Shown here piece after piece: positions 25,359 to 38,794 of a DNA stretch of 64,000 nucleotides (within the stretch, counting starts at the first letter, position 1; every line of letters begins with the position of its first letter). Under the pieces are notes generated by a model, which saw nothing but the letters and a program-made list of their open reading frames with translations, was not told where the DNA came from and ran no database searches. Source of the DNA: Lepidodermella squamata (lineage: Eukaryota; Animalia; Gastrotricha); contig JBLDXI010000001.1 in assembly GCA_047495785.1 (NCBI GenBank), positions 2,604,001-2,668,000 of the forward strand. The letters are read 5' to 3'. The position numbers were made by a program, and so were the translations under genes.

Positions 25359-27950
25359 ATGATATCGATTCGAGCATGTTTGCGCAGAAGCGTGTCGGTT
25401 TTTGCCCGGCGACCTCTCTCGAGTAAAACTACGATTGGCTCAGAAAATGACGAGGCGGAGTGTGATTTGACGACAAAACTCGATAATCAATTCCAGCAAC
25501 AGGTTTACCGAGATATAATCGAATCTTTGACCAGAAAATGGCGCCTACCCGACGCCGAACACAGCGTTTTCGTAATTCAGCCTGATTTCAAGTATAAGAT
25601 GAAGAAAAATTACCTGACAACTGTAAAATACCAGATGGAAGAATCGGTAGCATTGGTCGAAAGCTTGCCAAAGTGGCAAGTCGTTGACAAGGTTATTTTT
25701 CGCCAAGGAATTTGCCGAATTTTGGGAAATAATTTTAATTACAGACAATTTGCTCCGTCAAATATCAGCGAAGTATGTTTTTCGGGCCTGGTCAGCTATC
25801 CTTGTTGGCTAAAAGAGTCCACCAGCCTACTGATGGCAACAAATCACGAGTTTCAGCCGTATTCGTCAGTGTCAACATGTTGACGTCTAGTCAATTGACG
25901 CGACTACGCAAGGTTTTTCAGTGCGATGTTTACGACCGCTACGCCTTGGTTCTCGAAATTTTCCGACGCCACGCGAAGAGTGCAGAATCGCGGCTGCAAG
26001 TCGCCCTCGCCGAAGTGCCGTATGTTCGAGCTCGAATCGGCGAGATCATCAGGGCGAAATCTCTCGATCAAATCGGAGGTGGTCTAAGCGCGGTATGCGG
26101 ACCCGGCGAAACTCTAACAGAGCAACTGAAGCGTTTTCTTCATGTAAGCTGCTGAATTTCCAATAAATATTTTTCATCCAGTTTTTTGTCAATCCTGATT
26201 TTTTTTCTTTAATTTAGCATCGTGAGTCCCATATTCTAGCGCAATTAAAACGGGTTGAAGAACAGCGATCTACCCTAAGATCAGCTCGCCAACGTCGCGA
26301 ACTGCCCAGCGTAGCAGTAGTAGGCTACACCAATGCTGGGAAAACATCCTTAGCTCGATTACTATCAGGAGACACCAGTCGCCTAGTGCCGAATTCGCGG
26401 CTTTTCGCCACGCTCGACGTCACATCGCATGGTGCCAGGTTACCATGCGGCCTACGGGTCGTATACCTCGATACGGTTGGATTTCTGTCCGATTTACCCA
26501 CTCAGCTTGTTGCAGCTTTCAAGTCAACACTCGAAGACGTCAGAACAGCTGTAAGTTTGGAACTTCATTTTAAATCGTTTTTCGTAACTTTAATTTTAGT
26601 ACTATTTTCGGCATAAAAATCGATTATGGTTTTCAGAAAAAAATTCACTGCAAATTTATTGTATTTTCAGTGAAATCGGCAAAATAGTTTCAATTTTTTC
26701 AATTATTAAGGAACTTATAAATTTTACGTTGGGCATTTTTGAAAATTTTGATTCACAAAAATACCGTAGCGCAGACAATCGTGAACAGGGTTACCTGGGA
26801 CACTTTAGTCATTCCTGGTGATTAAATTTTCAGGGTTCAACGTTAGGAAAAGCGAAATTTTCGGATAAAATTCTCCGCCTCGACTGCTTTTGTTAGACAA
26901 AAAATTCAAGGTGATTGGAGCAATCAGCGATCCTAACAGAATGTTTAAAGTTTTTTTTATCTTGGATGTCATTTTGGCGTGGGTTTCGATTTCTGAATTT
27001 TGGTTTTATTTTGGGAAAAAGTTTGGCTTTTTGATTTCTGTAATCAAAGGAAAAACTAAATTTTCTTCAAAAAACGACCCGGATTTACGAGGCAAATCGT
27101 TGAAACTCGCAAAGCGGTTGTATGTGCAAATTAAATTTTAAAATCAACCACCAAATACTTAGCCAAACACTTTAAATTGCTTAAGATCAGGAAACAGAAA
27201 ATCCTAAAATCTTCAGGAAAATTATGAATCACCCTGTACACATTTGGTTCAAAGTTCAGAATTTTGAGCCAACGTTTCAGCGTTTTACCTTCCAAAAACA
27301 TGACGTTGTCCAGAGTTACCCCTCTTTACCGTATTTCTCTTATTTCTAACTTTCTCTCTTTGGCCGTCAAAAGCTATATTGTAAATTGATAGTGATTAGG
27401 CCTTGAATTGACGATTATGCAATGCTATTTGCAACAGGATGTAATACTGCACGTCATCGACCTGAGTAACCCCGATTGGCCGAACCAACGCCAAGAAGTG
27501 CTGTCGACGCTGGAGAGCCTACAGCTGCCGAAACCGCTCCTCGCCTCCATCATCCAGGTCGGCAATAAGGCCGACAGTTTCGCGTGCGATATCGACAGCG
27601 TGTCCGCGCTCGCCGGCCCGTCGACGATCTGCATTTCCGCGCGTGATGGCGCCGGTGTGGGCCGCCTTATCGATGCAATCGAGCGCGTTGTTCTGGCGAA
27701 CACGGGCCGGCGCGTCGTGCGCCTGCGCATCCCCACCGCCGGGCCGCACCTGGCCTGGCTGCACCGCGAACGCGCGTTGATTGCGACTCGCGAATCAGCC
27801 GCTGATGGGCGCTCGCTTGTTGTCGATGCGCTGTTCACCGAGGCATCGCTGGGCCGGTTTCGCGCCCAGTTCGGAACACCCGGTGGAAACAGCCGGAAAG
27901 ACGCGCATGATAGCGATGATGATAATGATGATAATGAAGAAAAGCAATAA
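25359..27950 (+). CDS. GTPBP6: Mitochondrial HflX-like GTPase
   Basis: Exons 25359-25691, 25745-26143, 26218-26550, 27438-27950. Arg-rich targeting peptide, VYDRYALVLEIFRRHA, G1 GYTNAGKTS, FATLD, DTVGF, NKAD, ISA. Confidence 0.93.
26780..27333. mobile_element. Possible degenerate MITE in GTPBP6 intron 3
   Basis: Imperfect inverted ends only: cgtgaacagggttacctgggaca and tgtccagagttacccctctttaccg. Confidence 0.3.
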
Positions 27951-30900
27951 ATATTACGAGTATTTTGTTTACTGCAAGTGCGCCTTTTGAGTACGCTGAC
28001 ATGTTGGAGATCCAGAGTTATTTATTAATTAACGAGCAATTTGAAGCAGAAAGTCGGTATCGAATTTTTCCCAGAATATTCAATTAGCACCCGAAAACAA
28101 GTGTCGGTTGCCGAATCAATTTGGTTCCAAAATTATGTTTCAGGCGCCGATGTGAATTTTCAGATACGTCTTGTAACAGCAAGATTGAGTCGGAATTTTC
28201 AAGGTATAAAATATAAAACATTGAACGGAATGCGAAACGCCTAAAAGTCAATAAAACAACTGCTGAAAGGTCAAGAATTATTTTTTTTTTGCAGAAAAAA
28301 ATAATATATTCCTCGTCAAATTTCATAATTTGTTATGCGTCAAATAATTTTATTCTCTTTATAACATCGTTTCCGTGGCTCCTAATCATCTGGCGCCGAC
28401 ATTTTTGATAGGGAAGGATTCGAGGAATCGAACGAGTCCTAAATCGACGAATAAGATTTCACCAAATCAGAGATATAATAGAAATTCTGAAGCCTTATCT
28501 GTCTTATTTAAAAAAATTAATTATAGTTGAAAGCATAAGAGGAACTGATTACTTGGTGCCAACAGTTAGGTATATTTTTGCTGAGGAAAAAAGTATGGTC
28601 CGCAGATAATAACGAGTTGGGTTCCTGAAGAGTTGTACGTCTGTTTAAACCCGGAATTTTCAGTCGGCGGCATATATGAAGGAGATCTAATTTCTGTCTC
28701 TAATTTCAATAATTTTTAGTTATAGCGTAAACGCACGCTTTGAGGTCACCATTTTGATGAATGAATAAGTCATTCTCATTATCTTATTTTAGCAATTAAA
28801 TTCGATTTTAGAATTATTCGATTTTGTCTTGATATGACCAGGCCTTATTGATCACACTTTTGGTATAGGTGTATGGTACTATCCATATTTTCTTCAGCTT
28901 GTTTGTTTCTGTCCAACTTTTTTGACCGCATTGGTTGAGACTCATTTCTGGCCCATTTCCGCGTCATATCTCTATAATTTCCGTGAATAGATGACTCTGG
29001 TTGAGATGACCTTTCACCAAGAAAATTGACCGGTCATCAGCTCGGAGCAACCGTATCACCCGGATTTGCACCCCGGAAACACCCGAAAGATAATGATGAT
29101 GATGGCGAGGAAAATCCGTAATAAATACAAAAGCATTAGGGCTTACATGCGATTATGTTTATATTTTACGAGCTAAACAATAAAAGCTGACAGGTTATCG
29201 ACAACGCTTACGGGGCGTAATCGCGCTCAAGAGGCTGTCAGCGCTCGGGATTTACGCGTCGTGAAGATGCGCGCGTGCGATGATGGTGGCCGTAGCGGAA
29301 CCCGAGAAGATCACGCGCGTACACGCGCCCATCATTAACGATGATGATGACGTCGCCATCATAAATCCGTACAACCACTCTTCTGCAGCCAATTAGTGCT
29401 GGGCGCAAACCCGAACGCGAGTGTGTAACGAGGTGAGCGGGCGCGCGCGCGTGTCTGACATGTATCACCCACCAGTCGAAATGCACATGTGCGCGACTGC
29501 GGAATGGAAATATAAGACCCGCGTGGTGTAATCCGGGTCTGGTTCGGCTTTTTACAGTCGCGCCTGGCATCAATCTCTCGCGTCGGTTGGCCGGCTTTGA
29601 GCTGTGGCAATCGAGCCGCGCCACATTTTTGCCCGTCCTGCGCTAATGCGAACGGCTTTGGCTTGTCGCAACAACTCGCGCACTACACAACAAAACCGCC
29701 GGGTGCCGTTCGGGCGCTAATTTACGGGCTCAACGCGCGCGCAATCACAAACGGCGGCAGTCGTCGGTTTTATTAGAGTCAGATTTAGCTTCGGAGACAC
29801 ACCACAACACGCATTTATTAGTCGTTAGTTTCTAGTTAGATTTATAACACGCGTACAGTTTTCAACACCACCTCCCACTACACATCACCGGCCGGGTAAT
29901 GATTTGCTACCAACTACTACTAGTGTGCTGCTGGTCTCGGGTATCACCATATCACGCGCGGCCGCCGACACTCGGTGTCGAGACCGTTGGCGCAGAACGG
30001 TAATTTTTCATTAGGCAAGACATTCGAGTCGCGTCGACGGCTGCTCGCTCTCGCCGCGCTCCACTGGCAAGCCCGTCGCCCTTTTGCACTATTTATTACT
30101 GCCACATAGGTATCGCCTAGCTAATAAAGCTCGACGTGATATAAATTTCTCTCTACCGTTGTACACCTGTGTGTAAAATTTTCATCACCAGGCCATGAAA
30201 ATTTCGCGCGCATGTGTCGCATTTTTATGTGTTTTTGATCTTCTCCGACTGCGCTTCATCAGTTCCTGATTTTTATTCTCCTCATCATAGATACGCAGAC
30301 GAGTCAGTTTGTCTGTCGTTCTGTTTTTATTACTGTGTTTTCCAGCCGAGCTCCTGTTTTGGCCATATCATGCAGTCACCGCCATTGTCGACTGAATCAC
30401 TCTCGCCAGCAATCGCCAAGTTTTTCGCCATTTTTCAAAAAGTGAGTTTTAAGGAGGAATTTTCTTATTATTAGTTTGCTGGCCTTTTTTATTACATGGC
30501 TCGTGCGCGACCTAAATGACCGATTTCGCGTTTTGAGCCTCCCCTCTCGACATAATTAAGCCACTCTCGTCGATGATGACGATGGTTGTACCGATGGCGT
30601 AACAGGCCAGACTTTTATTACCATCGTCAACGTCGAGTTATTACCGAATAGAGCAGAGCCGGAAGCGTGACACGCGCGCCTCTTTTACTAATAACGTCGC
30701 GGAATGCGCGCTTGATTGACGTATTGGGCCGGTGGAAGAGAGCTAGTAAGCGAGTAAAAGCCATCACAGTCGGGTTTTGTCTCGCTCGCGACTACCCGCT
30801 AGAAATGCCCATCCACCCCAGCCAGCGATGTGCTTTTCGGTGCCAGCGTTGTCAAAATGAAATCAGCAACTTGTATAATTTCATCACTGCTGTCTGGCGA

Positions 30901-32538
30901 CACTGCAGAAGTCAAAATCGAATCCTGTGTAATACACAAGTCATAAGTCACCATCATAGCGCGCGTCATGTTGTCATGATGTTAATTTGACACGCTGGGC
31001 GCGACATATCGATCGATTCTCCAGTCGTCGCGACGTCTTGATCGACAATTTTTGTCACCGTGCTCTCGTTTGACGCGAGTTTTTTTTCCATCCCTCGTCA
31101 GCGCAAATTACTGCTCAGACAATTTTTTATTTCATCCTCCCTGCAATAAATCATCATCATCACCGGACGGCGACACAGATGTGCATGTGTTCCTTTTTTC
31201 GAGTAATTTTTTAGTTGCTGGATTATTGAAAAATCTCCATGACAGCTCGTTTAGCGACGAGATCACGTCCCACCAGGTTTTTCGCGCGGCGCTGCAATAA
31301 TCCGCGCGCCACCGGCGAGGACGTGCCTGCTTTGCAAACGTGAAATTTTTATTACACCCAGCGCGCGACGGATGACCCGAATTACCTAAAACCGGTAGTC
31401 GTCGCATTATTGCACTTCGCCCACCGACAGTTCGTTTACACGTCAATAATTCAAATTCCGCCTGACCTAGATAGATTTTAAAATTAATCATCGCGATTTT
31501 ATTGCGTGTCAGATAAATTCTGGAGGTGAGCTTTTTTCTTGGCTACTTGAGAAAAGTCGCGCCCCATCTCGATTTATTTTGTTGTTGCTGATTTTGCTGC
31601 TGCTGTTGCTGTTGTTGTTATTGTTGTTGATCATCTGGTGCAATAATTCAGCGGCTGTCTGTTCGGCGGCTGTCTACGCTGGCTTTAAGTGCGATCACCC
31701 TCTAGTATAAACATGCGCACGCCTTGCTTGGACGGTCAAAATATAACACCATCGCGATTGCGATTCTTCAGGCCCGTGGTTATAAATAAAGATAATACCG
31801 TGTAGAGCGCGCCGTCGCCCGTTCACCGCAATACTATCTCGTGCGTTCATAAACAGTGTTGCGGCTTTGGCCCGTAGTGGTGGTGGTGATGTTATTATTA
31901 TTATTCGTCGAAACCAGCTCGCGTGTTGATTTCTATAGCTGCTGCCGCTGCCGTCTTCTTCGACGCCGAGCGAGAGCAGCAATTTCAGCAGCCATCACCG
32001 AGGCTGATCGCTGACGGCAGCGCACACGCTCCCTGAGCCTGCAAATACAAACACGCGCGCCGTAGCAAAATGATGATCATCGCATCGCCGTCTTCTCATG
32101 CTCTCTAATACCTTTGGCCTGCTGCTGTCTTGTTAGTGGAAAGTGCGATGCGCGCGCATACGTTTATAAATAATACGCCGCGATCGCCCGGCCGCTGACT
32201 TTTTGCTGCTGCCTCGCCTGGTATTAAAACACACGTGGTGGTGGTGGTGGCTGGTAATGCACGGTAACTTATCGGACGCAATCACGGGCCTGACTGGCGC
32301 GCGCGCTGCTACGCTTCGTCATTCGTACATATGGCAGACACATTGGTTGTTTCGCGATCGGAAGCAGCAACTTCTTATTCTTCCGCCGCCGTTGCCGCTG
32401 ATATCTGCGTGGCCCTCGTCGATAAATACAAGCACGGCCGCGTCTATAAAAGTGCCAGTCTCGCCGCGCATAAAATTCCTACCTCATCCACCCCCTTGAG
32501 CTAAGACACAGCTAATAAAGTGCGCAGCTCCATTTTCG

Positions 32539-35315
32539 ATGCGTCCAACATTTTCGGGTAACCATAATACCAGCAGCAGTAACAGCAACAGCAAGGCTAT
32601 GTCGTCGCGTTCAAAACCCAACGCTGTTACGTCGACAAATTCTACGTCTGCTTCTGTTTTTTGCTTACAGTCGATTCGCTGTACGATTCCGAACTGCTCG
32701 TGTCAGTGTTTCGAACCCGGCACTAAATCGCCGACTCAACTTCGCATCTGCGACGGCTGCCATCATTCCTGGGTTGTTCACGGTAAGCAATTTTTTAATT
32801 GACTTTTTCCGATTTGCTTGTCTTATGACACCTTTTATTGCGCGATGAGTTTTCTCGGATTATTGTCGTGCGCATTTTATTACTTCGCTTTCATATTATT
32901 AAGGAGGAGTTTTTATTTTCGCCCTCAAATTGGGTCACAGCAATTTAATGATGATTACGTGAATTTCAGCCCTCGACAAACTGCGTGTATCTAACCCATA
33001 TCAAATGGCTCATGCCGAGCCAGTGACCAGCAGTTCGGCCTTCGACGTCGCCTCGCTGGCTCTCTATGGCACTCGTGCCATTCCGATTCGAGTGAAGGTG
33101 CTGCTAGATAAAATTTTCGCACAACTACCACCCGATCACCTGCTGCAACTACTCGGCCGCTTGAATTGGTCTCACGACGACTACGTCCGCGGCTACGTCA
33201 AAGTCGACCCAGCCACTGGCGCACCAGTCGAGAACTGGACGATGGCGACTCGCGACGAGGAGGCCATCATCATTCAACAGTTCTTCCGCTTCGCCGAGAC
33301 GTATTCCATCGCGCATGAATTGCTGCTCCAAGACGCGAAAGACCGCCAGGACAGCTTCCAACAAGCCCTGACCCTACATTCAGCTGTCGGCGGCGCCGAG
33401 TCGCAAATTCGTAAATTTCTCGAGACGAGTGGCCTCGGCGCTGTGTCGAGCGGCGCTCAGAACATTCTTCAAGCATCAGCCCTAGCCTCGGCGTTGAATT
33501 CGTTCGCCGGCTCTTCCTTCCCCGGTGCTTTCCCAGGCCTAGTAGCGGCACAGGCTGCCGCCAACCCAGTTCAGGCTGTGGTTCAAGCCGCGGCGGCGCA
33601 AAATCTGCCAACGGCTAGGTCAAATGGCGTTCAGGCCTCGCCTCTCGCTAGCCTACCCACTCGGCAGCCCATGCCATTCGCCAATGCGCCAGCTGATCAA
33701 ATGTAATTTTTTATTTTAAATAAAAATTGAAATTGAAAAATTAAATTTGAAATGAAAAAATTGAGTAAAAATTTAAAATTTAAAATTTAATTTAAAAATT
33801 GAATGAAATAAAAAATAATAATTTGTAAATTTTTTTAGTTCCAGTTCTGGTCTTCCTCTGAATCTCGTAAAGAAAGAACGGCCCGTCGCCAGCTCATCGA
33901 CGCCAAATATTCAGAATTTCTCGGCTAAACCTGCCACTCACCACACCTCTCGCCTCTCGCTCATGACCCCGGACGAGCGGAACAGCGTCAGCGGCGGAGA
34001 TGAGTCGAACGTCGTCGACGATTCGCCGGCAACCACGCAAAAATCGTCGTCCGCTCCCCACCGCCAACCAGCCGGTTCGATCGACCGCTCGTCCTACGGC
34101 TACGGCGGCACGATTGTCTCGCCGACCACAGGTAAAAAGCGGGTCCTGTGCCAGGCATGCGGGAAAACTTTCTGCGACAAGGGCGCGCTGAAAATTCACT
34201 ACAGCGCCGTTCATCTTCGCGAGATGCATCGTTGTTCGATTCCTGGCTGTAATATGTACTTCAGCTCGCGGCGTAGCCGCAACCGCCATTCGGCTAATCC
34301 GAACCCGAAATTGCACTCACCCTACCGGCAGCGGGTTGTAATTGACGGCCGGCCGAGCGACGTGAACAGTCAGTCGAATTTCGAGGACAATGCGTCGTCG
34401 ACTAGTGAGAACCGCCGTAGCCAGGCCGATGCCAATAACTCGATTGTTTCCGACAACGAAGAGGCTGAGATCAACTGTGTTGTAGACGACGATGATTGCG
34501 ATGAGGAGCAGCCGTCTCAGGGCGGCTTTGTCGTGCCAGGTAGCAGTAAACGGCCAGGGTTCGACATGTCGCAAAGTGACGATGAAAACGGCGTTGAAAC
34601 GTGTTCGTCATATCAGGACGGTGTTGTTGCGATCAGCACAGCCCCGGCTGCGGCGAAGCGGCGGAAATCAGCCGTTCCAGTTCGGGTTGTTCGATTCCGG
34701 GCGGAAGATGACGGAACTGCCGAGTCGTTGGATCAAATGATGATGATGCAGGGCGATCTCGAAATGGATAACGGCGATGAATCTCGCTCGCCATCCCCCG
34801 CCTCGTCAGTTTCCTCGTCCCAGAATAAAGAGCTGTTAGCTACAGGTGACCAGTACGTCGAGCCTAGTATTGAAATTCCGGTCGATCCGAACAACCCTCG
34901 CCAGTGTCCGATGTGTAAAAAGTACTTCCAGAACCCGTTTTCTATGCGGTTGCACTATCAAAACGTCCACCTTAAAGTGAAACATTTCTGCACGGTACCG
35001 GGTTGTAACTCTGTATTCCCGTCGAAGCGGTCACGTGACCGCCACGCTTCGAACGCGAATCTTCACCGGCGAATCAGCGGTGGCGGGCTTGATTTGACCA
35101 ACAACTCGCGATCGATGTCGCCGTCGGCTGAAGTCATAATGATGGCGACGCCGCCTCTTGCCCATAATTCTTCGTCGTCGACGAGCTCGCCGCCGAACAA
35201 TAACAACTCGTCGTTTCATCATCGTTCCATGCACAACGAATCGCCTAGTGTTAAGGACGAGCCAGAGGCGTGGTCGTCTTCCGACAAAACTCAAGCAGCC
35301 ATTACGGCCGTGTAA
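32539..35315 (+). CDS. BNC: Basonuclin/disconnected-family C2H2 zinc finger protein
   Basis: Exons ending 32782, then 32970-33702 and 33839-35315. [14 protein letters not shown]...[36 protein letters not shown], paired fingers ([24 protein letters not shown]; [15 protein letters not shown]), second finger pair, KRRKS NLS. The 5' end is uncertain: the acceptor at 32670 could join an upstream exon such as 30370-30441. Confidence 0.92.
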
Positions 35316-36569
35316 TTCGGTGTTTTTCATAAACAAAAGAATGTATAGATTATTATTGTTATAAACGATTATATTACTAGTCATTGTTTCCTGTGCCTTT
35401 CGCCGGCTATAATTATGCGTGGGAATCTCTAGTCAACAGCGCTTCCTGCTTGTAAATAATAACTATGTTAAAATTTTTATAATTTTTCTATTAATTTTCA
35501 AAAAAATTTGACATCGATATTTGCGCCAATCAACTTCAGCCGTGTTCATCTTGCCAATGCACGCTGTTGCTGTACAAAAATTGATATTATTAATATTTAA
35601 TATTCGTTGTGTAAATACTGCGTTATTTCTACGTTTAACTGCTGAATATCTATAAATCATATTTCATATTATTGTAATTACGAGCAAATACCACAAATCA
35701 AACTGCTTTTTCGCACCCTGTTATGCCACGCATTTCTCCATCGTTCCGGTTTTGCGTCATCGAACGAATGATTTAATAGCTTGCGCCAGTTGAGGCGAAA
35801 CCTTTGCCTGCTATATTTCTTTCCTCGCGTCATGGCCTCAATCATATAGTATTATTGCGACGTTCGAGCTGTAAATAATTCAACGAAAATCAAACACACC
35901 ATTTTTTGAATGCGATCAATCAACTAGAATGCCTATTGAAAAATATGGAGCTTGTGAATTTTTTTATATGAGTTTCGAAAAAATAACTGATTGTGTTTTC
36001 TGACGTTCGGAACAGACTGATCCGCCTTAATTTGTTGCAAAGATGCTATATTATATTGTAGAGCGTGCGAAGCATGTGTTAAAATTTTAAATAAACCGCT
36101 AAAATTTGCTGATGAAAAAAGCCAGTCTTTTAAAAATTCAGTTTTATTTACAGCTGATAATCTCATCTTCGGAGTGTTTTCGATCGGCCGACAATTCAAT
36201 AATTTTTAAAGGCACTGGTGTGCTTTAACATAAAACAAAAATTATTGCTGGTATAAAATAGTAATTATATCACAAAGCCAGCCGATGGTACACGTCTTGG
36301 CACAAATTAAATGAGGCGAGTGATCCACAAAATCTACTGATCTATGAAAAACGGTGGTACAAAATTGGCATTTCAGTGGAAAGAAAACAACAGAATTCTG
36401 CGAAATCTGTCGAAATTAAACGGTGAATTCCGCATTTACAATCCATGAACAGCAGGCCGAACACCACTATCTAATTGGAACGTTTTTGGTAGCAATATAC
36501 GGGATATTTTGAAAAACACTAGTAAAACGAAAGATACGCCTATTGTGCGAGGCTAAAGGGAAGATTTTT

Positions 36570-38794
36570 CTATCGTGGGACTACAATCGCGTTGTCAGAA
36601 ATGCCGATTCGACGTTGAATAGCTACAGCAGCTCGCCGTTTCATTTCCTCGCCTGGCGTGGATGACCGCGGCTCTTCTGAGGCCTCATCTTGGCGCTCGC
36701 CGTTAGCAGCCCCTCGTGGAAGCACATCGACGTCCTCGGCGAATCTGATACCGCGAACTGTCGTACTTTTCGGGCGAATTCTCACAGCAATATCGTCACT
36801 TTCCGCATCGCGATGACGGCCGCTTTGAGGACGCTGGTGCTGCTGGTTGCCCAGTAAATTCGGCTCGTAGTACTGAACTTCGTTTTTCAACGGCCGGTCC
36901 TGGACAGCTAGAATGCCAGACGGGGGTCGTTTGGTTCCGAGAGGGATATTGAGCGTGGGATGGGCTCGGTTTTGCCGCCGAGCGGCGATTACTTGCGATG
37001 CTTGCACGCGAGGGCTGATATTAGGTTGCAAACCCTGGGCGTATATGAAAGGCACATTTTGCATGCTACCAGAAGAGCCCGTGATCTTGAGATCCTTCGC
37101 ATTATAGAGCCCGTCCTATACATATATCCATCAGAATAAAGTCACGCCATTTCACAATAAAATTGCGCTCACCTTCGAATAGCGATTCGGATCGTCGTAA
37201 CGAGTTCCACTGCTTTGTGATGCTGGCCGCAGGCCAAACAACTCCATTTTATCCGTGGTCTAGAAAACACGAATAAATTATTAATTTCAATGCGTGTGCG
37301 CGAAAATTACGGCTTTAGGTTGGCGATAATTAACGCCACGCTTAGGGGTGGTTTCCCTAATTACTATTCGCTTTCCAGGAATAATGTCATGAGGCTTAAA
37401 TTTTTGAACACTATACGAAGCCATTTCACTTGCGTTAAGTGCGTGTAAAACGAATATAATACCGAGACATAAACTCGTCAAGTAAGCTTACTTGACGACG
37501 TTAATGATGTTGCCAAGTGGATGGTTCTTGGAATCAATAAAGCGCAGGGCATGGGAATGTTTGACCCGTCACTCTTTATCAATACTTTTTAAAAAATTAA
37601 TAAGCGCAGGGGTGCAATATCGACCTGCATGCGGTTTTTAACAAAAAGTATTGCCAGTTATTGGCGACTTGAAATGAGTGCAACCTCTTGTAAGAAAAAA
37701 AAGCTATTCAAGTACCAGGACTGCTTCAAATCGCTGCTCTGCTGCTTGATAGCTATTGTTAACTCTGCGTTCGCCAGCTGCTGATTGAGCTCGCCTTCCA
37801 GCACCGAGTGGTCTGCTTCCTGGTCTGTTTCCGCCCGTTGACATCGGTCGCCGTAGAACGCTACTCGAAGGCCGTGACATTGTCTACATTGAAACAAAAG
37901 CAGTCGAGCTCATATCAAATAAAAAATAAACAAATAATTTTCTTGGAAGAACGTAAATATATTTTGAAGCGGGAGATCGCTTGTTAACTAAGTAGTTTAT
38001 CTAAAATTTCAATGGTTTCATTTTCGCCAGTAGTTTCAACGATACAACCCCCCTTTCATAGACGATGCTTCACGTAGTTTTTTTAAATAAATACAAGCAA
38101 ACAATTCGGCTACGACCAGGATAGGATAGGAAATAAAATGGCTCTTTCCTCCAACATAACTAATATCATCAATGCATTACTCACCTGCGATGTGTTGCAA
38201 CTGACCGGCATGCTACCCATTTGTTTGACAGTTTTGATAAATTCTTGATTCAGGTACTCATTTCTACGAAGGGAAAGGAAACATAATTCAATTACAGAGA
38301 CATATTCAGAGAATAACAGATTGATATTCGTTACCTGCTTCGAAGCAAATCTTCTCTTTGCTGCTTTTCAAGAACTGCTTGTCTAGTAGCAGCCGGATCT
38401 GAAGTGCCCCCAGTCTGTTTGATCAATAGGCAATATATTATTTGCACACAGAATTTCACAGAAATAAATAACCTGTTTAAGATTGCTGATTTCTGCGTTG
38501 TCTGATTGAAAAAGGACGGTTGATTAAAACAACAAAAGTAGTATTTTAAATCTTTCCTTACTCAAAATGTTCGTGATATGCATCGAAGCGATTCGATCGC
38601 CCGTCCATGCTCTTAGAGATCAAAAAGTATATTGACAGAGACCATTCAATTCATGCTTACTTTTTGAGAAGCTCCAGCACGCATTCTAACTCTAGTTTAA
38701 GCTTCTGATTTTCAGCTTCGCTCTCGAACAGCTGGCCGCGAAGTTCATTGACTGTTTTAGTTAGACGTTCGACTTCATATTTAAAATTGCTCAT
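36570..38794 (-). CDS. Uncharacterised multi-exon coiled-coil protein with repeated RPxS motifs
   Basis: ATG at 38794 (MSNFKYEVERLTKTVNELRGQLFESEAENQKLKLELECVLELLKKAWTGDR), a series of small in-frame GT-AG exons, and a terminal exon in ORF 36570-37064. One middle junction (about 37490-37720) is unresolved. Confidence 0.7.

Noticed and set aside
31388-31410. tattgcactt resembling the miR-92 5' end
   Set aside because: No complementary arm to form a precursor hairpin, and the 3' half diverges.
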